DNA from: Candidatus Aenigmatarchaeota archaeon
GTDB lineage: Archaea > Aenigmatarchaeota > Aenigmatarchaeia > CG10238-14 > SCSR01
Length of the DNA stretch: 26,172 nucleotides
Assembly: GCA_039000165.1 (NCBI GenBank)
Contig: JAWBTW010000010.1
Location: forward strand, 1-26,172
Direction: 5' to 3'
The position numbers and the translations under genes were made by a program. Positions 18,347 through 25,968 of the stretch are shown piece after piece. The first letter of the stretch is position 1. Every line of letters starts with the position of its first letter. The notes beneath the pieces are model-generated. The model did no database searches. It saw only the letters and a list, made by a program, of their open reading frames with translations, and was not told the origin of the DNA.

Positions 18347-19465
18347 TTAAAACTTATTATTTGGTACAAGACTTTTCAGTCTTTTTAAAGCCTCTACTTT
18401 TTCTTTTTTCTCTATTTCAGCTTGCTTTAGAATTTCATCTAAAAATCTTATTGATTCGTCCATAGCTTTTCTTTCTATTGGCTTAGGAACACCATCCTTG
18501 CCACCGTAAGCATAAGAGTATTTTACTGGGTCTTTCCAGCTTGGCTCTGAGCCATAAATTATTTCAGAAACTAAGGCTAAACCTCTTACAGTAGAAGGGC
18601 CTATACCTTTTATCCCTAAGAGCTCTTCGTAATTTTTTGGCTGAAACTCATAAGCTTCTTTCAAAGCATCCCAGTTAACATTTCTCGGCATCTTTAAAAC
18701 ATGAACAAAAAACTCTTTTCTTTTAAAAGGTAGAAATTGAGTTAAACTTTTTTGATAAATTGGCTTTATTGATAAGAAGTCATTTCTAATTTTTTGTGGT
18801 CCTTCTTTTACTAAATCGACTGAAATTTTTCTTGCTTCTTCGCTTTGCTTAGCTGTCATATCTAAAACATTTTCTTTTCTTATATCGCAGCAAATTGCAG
18901 AATGAGGCTCTTCAACAAAACTTTTAACGTTTTCAGAAATCCAATGGTACCTGCGAGCAGTTTTATCTTGAATATTCATTCCCTGTTGAACAACAACCCA
19001 AGATTTTTCTGTAAAGAAAAATGTGTGATGGTATAAAGGATACTCGCATTGGATAGCAGTGTTATCTACTTTTGCGCTCATTCTACTTGCGTATTTTAAT
19101 TCTTCAATTTTTTTTGATGAAAAAGAAAGAATTTCGCTAATTTTTTCTATTTCTTCTGGAGTTTTTCTTGAAAACTTTCCTTTTCCACCTGCTATTCCCA
19201 AGCCAAATTTTTCTGGTCGAATAACAGATTTAAGAATAGCGCATACAGTAGTAGTAACTCCTGAAGAATGCCAATCGTGCCCTATAACACAACCAAAAGC
19301 TTGAAACCAGAAAGGGTTTGAAACTCTCCTTAGCAATTCCTCCTTTCCATATTCTTCTATGATTAGAGTAGCAATTTGTTCTCCTAATTTTTTCATCCTT
19401 ACCAAAAGCCAGAAAGGTACATGCCCGTAATGTAAAGGAAGTTCTGCAATCCCGGTTTTTTTCAT
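18347..19465 (-). CDS. DUF763 domain protein
   Basis: AELPLHYG, WHSSGVTT, AKVDNTAIQ, VVQQGMN, ARRYHW, HhH-like GIGP and GGKDGVP motifs; ATG 19465. Confidence 0.88.
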   Translation of the reverse strand: MKKTGIAELPLHYGHVPFWLLVRMKKLGEQIATLIIEEYGKEELLRRVSNPFWFQAFGCVIGHDWHSSGVTTTVCAILKSVIRPEKFGLGIAGGKGKFSRKTPEEIEKISEILSFSSKKIEELKYASRMSAKVDNTAIQCEYPLYHHTFFFTEKSWVVVQQGMNIQDKTARRYHWISENVKSFVEEPHSAICCDIRKENVLDMTAKQSEEARKISVDLVKEGPQKIRNDFLSIKPIYQKSLTQFLPFKRKEFFVHVLKMPRNVNWDALKEAYEFQPKNYEELLGIKGIGPSTVRGLALVSEIIYGSEPSWKDPVKYSYAYGGKDGVPKPIERKAMDESIRFLDEILKQAEIEKKEKVEALKRLKSLVPNNKF

Positions 19466-19588
19466 GAGTTTCACTTGGCCTATCAAAATTTATTTTAAAA
19501 TAAAGTTAATTAGATTTTTGGAAGTAAATTTCCACTGATTCCGATTCATTAAAAATAAAAGTTATTAGGTTAATTAAATTTTATAGCT

Positions 19589-19663
19589 GGACAGGTGGCG
19601 CAGCCTGGTTAGCGCAATCGGCTGATAACCGATAGGTCGAGGGTTCAAATCCCTCCCTGTCCA
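19589..19663 (+). tRNA. tRNA-Ile(GAU)
   Basis: GGACAGG/CCTGTCC acceptor stem, ATCGG-CTGATAA-CCGAT anticodon arm, TTCAAAT T-loop. Confidence 0.96.
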
Positions 19664-19787
19664 TTGAATTTCAAGCATTTTATTGTCTTATCTTTTTATT
19701 GTGAAAAAGTAAAGATTTTAAATTCTTTGTTTACTCACAAACATTTAGGATTAAAGCTTAAAAATAGCAATTTACAAGTTTGATTTG

Positions 19788-20405
19788 ATGAAAGGTTTGT
19801 TCATAGTATTTGAAGGAATTACCGGCTCTGGAAAAAAAACTCACATAAAGCTTTTAGCAGAAAAACTGAAAGAAAAGGGTAAAGAAGTTACTGTAATTTC
19901 ATTTCCAAATTATGAAAGTGAGATAGCAAGATTTACGAAGAGAGCTGATTTGGACGCTTATACACAATCTTTACTTTTTGCTGCTGATAGAAGCCTTCAT
20001 CAAGAGAGAATAAAAGGTTTGCTTGAAAAAGGAAACATAATACTCTGCGACAGATATTGTTACAGTAACTTTGCTTATCAGGCAGCAAAGGGTTTGTCCT
20101 TAGATTGGCTTAAGGAAATAGAAAAGCATAACATTAAACCTGATATCGTTTTTTTGATTGATGTGCCTGTTGAAATCAGCATGAATAGGGTTAAACAACT
20201 AAGCATAGAAGATTTCACCAAAAAAGAAATACTAGAGAGGTTGGAAAGAGAAAAGGACTTCTTGGAAAAAATAAGGGAGGTTTATTTGAATTTGGCTGTA
20301 ACTGATAAAGAAACTAAATGGTTTGTTATTAATGGTTCAGAGGATATTTCTGTGAATCATGAAAAGATTTGGAAAAAGGTAAAGGAAGAGCTTAAAATTG
20401 AGTAG
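19788..20405 (+). CDS. tmk: Thymidylate kinase family protein with variant P-loop
   Basis: FIVFEG..GSGK, LLFAADR, DRYCYSNFAYQ and KPDIVFLID motifs. Confidence 0.85.
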   Translation: MKGLFIVFEGITGSGKKTHIKLLAEKLKEKGKEVTVISFPNYESEIARFTKRADLDAYTQSLLFAADRSLHQERIKGLLEKGNIILCDRYCYSNFAYQAAKGLSLDWLKEIEKHNIKPDIVFLIDVPVEISMNRVKQLSIEDFTKKEILERLEREKDFLEKIREVYLNLAVTDKETKWFVINGSEDISVNHEKIWKKVKEELKIE

Positions 20406-20440
20406 AATTTTAAAATATCTAAATTAGATTATTGCTTTTT

Positions 20441-20511
20441 TGTTAGATACTAACATTAAAAAAACTTAATTGTCTGGTAGGGTTAATGTTTGTTTTGTTA
20501 GACGTCTAACA
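20441..20511. promoter_or_regulatory. Palindrome pair upstream of tRNA-Glu: TGTTAG-ATA-CTAACA (20441-20455) and TGTTAG-ACGT-CTAACA (20496-20511)
   Basis: Same half-sites as the palindrome at 8119-8134; a TATA-like TTTTAAAA follows at 20535-20542. Confidence 0.6.
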
Positions 20512-20560
20512 TAAAAAAATTTAAGAATTAAAACTTTTAAAAGAAATTTATCTTTAGAAT

Positions 20561-20635
20561 GCCCCCTTCGTCTAGTCCGGCTAAGGATACGAGCCTTTCG
20601 AGCTCGGGACACGGGTTCAAATCCCGTAGGGGGCA
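20561..20635 (+). tRNA. tRNA-Glu(UUC), probable integration target
   Basis: GCCCCCT/AGGGGGC acceptor stem, CGAGC-CTTTCGA-GCTCG anticodon arm, TTCAAAT T-loop; integrase gene follows immediately. Confidence 0.96.
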
Positions 20636-20667
20636 TTACGGCACAACCACAAATCCCTAACCTATAA

Positions 20668-21966
20668 GTGAATGAGGGGAAAAGTGGTTGTGTGAAAGAG
20701 GAAGTTTATAGGTTTGATAGAAGAATTGAAAGTTCATTAAAGCACATAGAAAACTCAGATATTCTCGAAGAGAACAAGCAAAAGATTTTCGACTTTTACC
20801 ACGAATGCATAGTAAGAGGTTATAGTAAAGCTAGAATTTTAAAATACCTTTCAACTCTTTTATCTCTTGCTAAACTTTTGGGTAAACCTTTTGTTGATGC
20901 TAGGAAAGAGGACATTATAGAAGTTATTGCCAAAATAGAACAAAGTAACTATTCAGATTGGACTAAGCACGACTTTAAATCCATTTTAAAGGTATTTTTC
21001 AAATGGTTAAGAAAAACAGAAGATTATCCAGAAGAAGTTAGATGGATAAAGGTTACCTCTAAGTCAAGAGTAAAACTTCCAGAGGAACTTCTAACGGTGG
21101 AAGAAGTCCTTAAAATGGTAAATGTTGCGGAGCATATAAGGGATAAAGCCTTTGTTCTCACGCTATATGAATCTGGATGCAGAATAGGAGAATTGTTAAC
21201 TCTTCAAATAAAACATGTACATTTTGACAAATTTGGAGCTACGCTTATAGTAAACGGAAAGACTGGCCAAAGAAGGGTAAGAGTAATCTTATCAACCCCA
21301 AAACTCAACCAATGGATAGAGAACCATCCGTTAAAAGATAATCCAAACGCACCACTTTGGATCACTCTAGGAAAGAACAAAAGAGTTTGGCGTTATAGTA
21401 CAGCCAAAGACCTTATCAAAAAATTAGCAGAAAAAGCTGGAATCAAAAAGAGAGTTTATCCACACTTGTTTAGACACTCAAGAGCTACATACCTTGCAAA
21501 TTACCTCACTGAAGCTCAAATGAAACAGTATTTTGGATGGGTTCAAGGGAGCGAGATGGCAAGCATTTACGTGCATTTGAGTGGAAGAGATCTCGATAAA
21601 GCTTTACTGAGACTTAATGGGTTAGAGGAAGGAAGAGAACAGAAAGAAGAGGAATTAAAACCATTAATATGCCCGAGATGTAAAAATAACAATTCACCAG
21701 ACGCAAAGTTCTGTTCATTTTGTGGGATGTGCTTGGACGCTAAAACAAGCATAGAAATAGAGGAATTAAGGAACAGAGTTGATCAATTATTAACAGAACT
21801 TATTAAAAACCCAGAAGTGCTTGAAGTGTTAGTGAGAGGACTCGAGAGAGTGAATTCTGGAAGTAACTTATCGTTTAGCAACCAAATAATAAACAATGGT
21901 AGCGATAAAAGGGATAAGGGAATACAGAAAGGGAAAGATGGAAGTTCTCTTAAAGATAATAGATGA
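20668..21966 (+). CDS. Tyrosine recombinase/integrase with C-terminal zinc ribbon
   Basis: Catalytic residues R (ESGCRIGE), K (GKTG), HxxR (HLFR), W (FGW) and Y (IYVHL); CPRC..CSFC ribbon; start may be the in-frame GTG at 20692. Confidence 0.95.
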   Translation: MNEGKSGCVKEEVYRFDRRIESSLKHIENSDILEENKQKIFDFYHECIVRGYSKARILKYLSTLLSLAKLLGKPFVDARKEDIIEVIAKIEQSNYSDWTKHDFKSILKVFFKWLRKTEDYPEEVRWIKVTSKSRVKLPEELLTVEEVLKMVNVAEHIRDKAFVLTLYESGCRIGELLTLQIKHVHFDKFGATLIVNGKTGQRRVRVILSTPKLNQWIENHPLKDNPNAPLWITLGKNKRVWRYSTAKDLIKKLAEKAGIKKRVYPHLFRHSRATYLANYLTEAQMKQYFGWVQGSEMASIYVHLSGRDLDKALLRLNGLEEGREQKEEELKPLICPRCKNNNSPDAKFCSFCGMCLDAKTSIEIEELRNRVDQLLTELIKNPEVLEVLVRGLERVNSGSNLSFSNQIINNGSDKRDKGIQKGKDGSSLKDNR

Positions 21967-22132
21967 TCTTTCAAAAGATTACGGAGAAAACATTCCAGAA
22001 ACGCTTGTGATAGATTTAGCTAGAAAGAATGATGTTGAAAACCCGGAAGAAAAGCTTAGGTTTCTTGCCAAACATTTTGTTATAATTTACACTTCACTAA
22101 CGACTTTCAAGAAAACTTTTCCAAGCGTTTAA
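21896..22132 (+). CDS. Small winged-helix-like protein resembling the C-terminal wH domain of archaeal MCM
   Basis: Pattern LLKIIDDLSKDYGENIPETLVIDLARKNDVENPEEKLRFL...IIY matched by eye; overlaps the integrase 3' end. Confidence 0.55.
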   Translation: MVAIKGIREYRKGKMEVLLKIIDDLSKDYGENIPETLVIDLARKNDVENPEEKLRFLAKHFVIIYTSLTTFKKTFPSV

Positions 22133-22235
22133 TAGACTTATACTTATCTCTTAATATCCTAAACCATTCGGGCATCTTTTCAAGGATTTCTTCGTCTAAA
22201 TCTTCCAACAAAATTCGCTTAATTTCCTTTTTCAT
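22107..22235 (-). CDS. Small hypothetical protein, 42 aa, absent from the ORF track
   Basis: MKKEIKRILLEDLDEEILEKMPEWFRILRDKYKSIKRLEKFS*; GAGGT SD upstream; start overlaps the end of the previous minus-strand gene. Confidence 0.55.
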   Translation of the reverse strand: MKKEIKRILLEDLDEEILEKMPEWFRILRDKYKSIKRLEKFS

Positions 22236-22449
22236 AATCGACCTCTTCCAACCTATAAAACCTAAATTTTATTCTGTTGCTTTCAAGAGTCTTTATTAAA
22301 CCTTTAAGGAGCGAAAGAGATTCGACAAAGAAACTTGCATAAATTTTCTTTTTGTAAAGCCAAACGTTAAGCCTTTTAACATAAACAAAAAGAAGTTCCG
22401 CTAACTTTTCTACGCTTATCCTTTCGCATTCAATTTTTACAAAAAGCAC
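22219..22449 (-). CDS. Small hypothetical protein, 76 aa
   Basis: GTG start at 22449 with a GAGGAGG SD inside the 3' end of the orc1-like gene. Confidence 0.65.
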   Translation of the reverse strand: MLFVKIECERISVEKLAELLFVYVKRLNVWLYKKKIYASFFVESLSLLKGLIKTLESNRIKFRFYRLEEVDYEKGN

Positions 22450-23392
22450 CTTTATCCTCCTCAATTATTTCGTAGATCCTTCCTCTTTTTTCTCCGATAG
22501 CTCTAACAAAACCTTTTAAACAAAGATTTTGCATGTAATTTCTAAAAGCTCTCTCGCTTTTTGGATATTTTGTGTTTTGCAAGTAGAAATCGTAAAGCCT
22601 ACTTGCGGGCAAACTTTTCCATTCTTGGAGTATTTTTAAGAGAACTTTTTCATCGAAACTGAGTTTTACAGGGCAATCCTCTATTTCTGGTAAGTCAGAC
22701 TCTTCTATGCTTTTCTTTCCTTTGCTTTGAGCGTTTAACGCAGAAATTTTTAAAGTATTTATTCCCAAAGTTATGTTCCCTTTCACTTTTTCCGCGATTC
22801 TTTTTAAAATAGCATCGTTAAAACTCCATTTCGCGAGAGATTTTTCCGCCCTATCCTTTAAAATTTCAAGGGTTTGCTCAGGGGAGTAAGCCTGGATCCT
22901 TATAATACTCATGTTTGACCTAATGTTCTCTGTTAGCAGCGCTAAATTTTCTTCATCGTCTGAAATAAGTATTAAGCAAATTCCCATGCTCAAAAGTTGA
23001 GTTATAAGCGAGTAATCTTTCATACATTCAAAGTTGTCTAGACAAACAACAAATTTTCTTTCTTTTGTTTGCTTCATTAATTCTTTGATAAGTTCGTAGT
23101 TGCTCCTGTAGAAAATAAATTCGCTTTTTGGAACGATTTCTTTTAAAATACTATAGGTGGTCTGGTAAATGGCACAATCGACATAGCAAGGTAAAACTTT
23201 CTTGAATTCGTCTGAATAAAGAACCTTTTTAACAAGGGTTGATTTACCTGAACCACATGGTCCAACAATTATTGTGCTTACAAAGTTTTGTAGATTTGAT
23301 TTTAATTGTGATATTTCTTTTTCTCTGAAAAGCAGTTTTTGTGGTAGGTGGTTTGTTGAAAGAAATTCTGCGTTGACTAGAATTCCATTCAT
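22430..23392 (-). CDS. Orc1/Cdc6-like AAA+ replication initiator, divergent
   Basis: LSTNHLPQKLLFREKEI, Walker A GPCGSGKS, YVDC, AYSPEQTLEILKDRA and C-terminal wH (SERAFRNYMQNLCLKGFV); ATG 23392. Confidence 0.88.
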   Translation of the reverse strand: MNGILVNAEFLSTNHLPQKLLFREKEISQLKSNLQNFVSTIIVGPCGSGKSTLVKKVLYSDEFKKVLPCYVDCAIYQTTYSILKEIVPKSEFIFYRSNYELIKELMKQTKERKFVVCLDNFECMKDYSLITQLLSMGICLILISDDEENLALLTENIRSNMSIIRIQAYSPEQTLEILKDRAEKSLAKWSFNDAILKRIAEKVKGNITLGINTLKISALNAQSKGKKSIEESDLPEIEDCPVKLSFDEKVLLKILQEWKSLPASRLYDFYLQNTKYPKSERAFRNYMQNLCLKGFVRAIGEKRGRIYEIIEEDKGAFCKN

Positions 23393-23453
23393 GCGTAGAA
23401 ATTTTTCTAAAAAAGTAAAATCTGTTACGAGTGCATGGTTTTCCGTTATTCCG

Positions 23454-23963
23454 TTACTCGAAAACATAAGCTTTAGTTTTAAGTTCAGATTCATAGAATC
23501 TAAGGATCTTTTGTTCTACTTCTCCCTTTAAATAAGGACCTAATTTTTTGTTACTATGATTGTGAAACAACACAACACAATAATCCCAGTCCCCACTCAG
23601 AACGTTTAACGCAGCTTTTACTAAGGCTATTTTGTACCTTGATCCGGCGTTCTTGTTTGCATGATCCAATTCGATAGCTAATTTCCACGGCTTTTCTATT
23701 CTAATATCTGGAAACTGACCATAAGAACCAAAGATTTGCCTAGGTCTTCTGAGTATTCCTTTTCCCTCAACAGACACGCATTCTTTCACATTAAGAGTAG
23801 GAAAATACTCCTGAAATAGTTCCTCTACAAGGGAACCAGCAAGTCTTCTAGAGGCAACATCCCATTTCAAATTTTCATCTCTCATTTTTTCCAAAACTTT
23901 GTTAAATAAATCTCTAGTTTTGATGTGATCAACAAGTTTATCTATGAACTCTTGAACCTCCAT
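23454..23963 (-). CDS. Hypothetical protein, possible PD-(D/E)xK restriction-endonuclease-like fold
   Basis: FPDIRIEKPWKLAIELD motif followed by a helix and a hydrophobic strand (YCVVLF). Confidence 0.5.
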   Translation of the reverse strand: MEVQEFIDKLVDHIKTRDLFNKVLEKMRDENLKWDVASRRLAGSLVEELFQEYFPTLNVKECVSVEGKGILRRPRQIFGSYGQFPDIRIEKPWKLAIELDHANKNAGSRYKIALVKAALNVLSGDWDYCVVLFHNHSNKKLGPYLKGEVEQKILRFYESELKTKAYVFE

Positions 23964-24060
23964 GAAAATAACTTGCAAGCTTAAGTATTTTGAATTAACG
24001 GTATTTTACGCATAAGTTAGCATCTTCTATTAGTTCTTGCACTTTTAACTTGGTGGTTTG

Positions 24061-24210
24061 GTGAGAGGTTTTTGTCCAAAATGCAAAGAGTATAGGAGCG
24101 ACAACGGACAAGATGCTTGGAAAATTGTATGGCATAATAACCTGGCAATTTGTGAGAGATGTGGTTCAGTAATCGATTTGTGGATAAATGAAGATGAAAA
24201 CGAGGACTAA
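24061..24210 (+). CDS. Small C4 zinc-finger protein, 49 aa, absent from the ORF track
   Basis: MRGFCPKCKEYRSDNGQDAWKIVWHNNLAICERCGSVIDLWINEDENED*; GGTGGT SD-like site before the TTG/GTG start. Confidence 0.75.
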   Translation: MRGFCPKCKEYRSDNGQDAWKIVWHNNLAICERCGSVIDLWINEDENED

Positions 24211-24297
24211 TAAATGAAAAAATTGCCAAGATTTTTACTTCTCTCACACGAAAGCTCAAGTTTTCGGAAGGGTACAACCTAAAGATTTGGTGAGAGA

Positions 24298-25968
24298 ATG
24301 AAAAATAACCATTTGAATGATTACCATAAGTGGTATAAACAGGCATATGAACAAAGGTATGGGAAAGGAAGTTGGGAAAGAGATAGAGGAATAAGCATAA
24401 AAAGAGGAGGAGAAACTCCTTCCGGTTTCTGCCTGTATGAACCTGACTTTAAAAGGTATTGGAATGAAGAGAAGGCTATTGGGGTAATAGAAAGAAATGG
24501 GAAATTTATCGGGATAGCATGTTTGGTTGCAAAGGAAGTTACGGATAAGGAAAGTTTTGTTAGAAAATTTGGCTTAAGTTTCGAGAAAGATGTCCAGTGG
24601 CATGCGATTTCTGGTCTGCTTGATCATTTGTCAAGAAGTCCTATGTTTAAAGCTGTTTTGATAACTTTAAGTGATGTTCCATTTAAACTTGAACCAGACG
24701 TACCTGATGATTTACAAGGTAGAATAAATTGGACCAGAAGGAATTATGAGTATCATAAGGAAAAAGCTGAAAATCTTAAAAGATTAGTGGAGAAAAGATC
24801 TGGAGATTTTGGCGGAGTTATTCCTACTTATTTGCCAAAGCAAATGAAGGAAGAACAAGATCATGCAAGATATTTCCTCGAGCAAGTTAAGAGTTTGGAA
24901 AGTCAGATGCAAGAACATTTAAAGCAATACTTTATAATTAAAGAAAACCTATTTGCGTCAGCTTTATTCTTTTACGTTTACACTAGCCCAAAAGAAAATT
25001 TTGAAGATGCGGTAAGGGAAATTGAGAATAGAAAATACAGCGCGAAAATGGAGATAGTAAAAACTTATTTTGTTAAGTGTAGCGATGTAAAAGATCCTTT
25101 AATTGTTTTTAATCCAGAATTTTTTCCTCAATTTGAGGAAGTGAAAAAGTACTATTGTCTAACTTTAGCCCAAGATTGCGCAGGTTTTTCTTCGGATAAA
25201 GACGTTGCAATAGCTTTGAAGTATATGTTTACTAGCGTGCTTGAATTGCCTAAGGAAGAAGAAATAGAAGAACAAATTCACGTCCCAAGCGAAGAGGTAA
25301 GCATTCCGAGAGAAAGAACAGCTTTTATCGGTTACGTTGTTGAGTCTGTAGTTAAAAGGAAAATTAAGAAGAGAAGAGTTTACTTTCCTCTCAATATCTT
25401 AACTTCCCATGCGATAATTTATGGGAAAACAAGAGTTGGAAAAAGCTTCCTTTCTTTAATTTTAATCAACGAAGCTTTAGCAAATGGTATCAGGGTAATA
25501 GTATTCGATCCTCACGGCACTTTAGCAAGTAGACTCAAACCTAATCCCTTATTGGAAATCAACTTTACAAAGGGTAAAGTTGACATTTCAAATAATTTAG
25601 AGAGAATTTATGAAGAGGCATCGAACTGGCCTGAAACTAACGAATTAAGGCTTTTAATTGTTTTAGACGAGACAAGACTTTTGAAAGCAAAAAATCTTGT
25701 TTATTGCGTAAACGAATTAGGAAAGCGTGGAGTTGGTTTCCTTTTAATAACTCAATACTCTACAAGCATTCCTCCTGAAATAAGGAATGTAGGAACTTAT
25801 TTCATAATGTCAGCTATGAGCGAAACAGAGATCCAAAGGTTTAAGGAAATAACGCTTCACCCTTCGAGCAAATTAATAACAAGAATGCCAAGGGCGGTAA
25901 GCTTTATTTTCAGTCCTTATTGGTATCCTGAACCTTTCTTCATTAGGCACGTAAAAATTAGTAATTAA
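24298..25968 (+). CDS. HerA/FtsK superfamily (DUF87-like) P-loop ATPase with unrecognised N-terminal domain
   Basis: HAIIYGKTRVGKS Walker A, VIVFDPHG, LLIVLDE Walker B and LLITQ motif; GGTGA SD upstream. Confidence 0.85.
   Translation: MKNNHLNDYHKWYKQAYEQRYGKGSWERDRGISIKRGGETPSGFCLYEPDFKRYWNEEKAIGVIERNGKFIGIACLVAKEVTDKESFVRKFGLSFEKDVQWHAISGLLDHLSRSPMFKAVLITLSDVPFKLEPDVPDDLQGRINWTRRNYEYHKEKAENLKRLVEKRSGDFGGVIPTYLPKQMKEEQDHARYFLEQVKSLESQMQEHLKQYFIIKENLFASALFFYVYTSPKENFEDAVREIENRKYSAKMEIVKTYFVKCSDVKDPLIVFNPEFFPQFEEVKKYYCLTLAQDCAGFSSDKDVAIALKYMFTSVLELPKEEEIEEQIHVPSEEVSIPRERTAFIGYVVESVVKRKIKKRRVYFPLNILTSHAIIYGKTRVGKSFLSLILINEALANGIRVIVFDPHGTLASRLKPNPLLEINFTKGKVDISNNLERIYEEASNWPETNELRLLIVLDETRLLKAKNLVYCVNELGKRGVGFLLITQYSTSIPPEIRNVGTYFIMSAMSETEIQRFKEITLHPSSKLITRMPRAVSFIFSPYWYPEPFFIRHVKISN

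Noticed and set aside
2085..19304. Short ORFs in the track that overlap real genes (2085, 4309, 7098, 8647, 12071, 12960, 13376, 13693, 14035, 14156, 14443, 14626, 14684, 15680, 19059)
   Set aside because: Antisense or off-frame shadows of well-supported genes, with no motifs
19519..19537. TTTCCACTG resembling half of an ORB, within a short TGGAA/TTCCA inverted repeat
   Set aside because: Single partial match with no G-string, no second ORB and no adjacent orc1
2637..20635. Shared TTCAAATCCC in the four tRNAs considered as att direct repeats
   Set aside because: Ordinary T-arm conservation in complete tRNA genes
24188..24301. Possible TGA-interrupted or frameshifted ORF (MKMKTRTNK*KNCQDFYFSHTKAQVFGRVQPKDLVRE*) between the Zn finger and ATPase genes
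   Set aside because: Too short and motif-free to distinguish from chance; TGA is a normal stop elsewhere in the window
21567..24346. ORFs 21567-21752, 21783-21974, 23274-23531 and 24017-24346
   Set aside because: Antisense to the integrase, the orc1-like gene, or the Zn finger/ATPase genes; composition not protein-like
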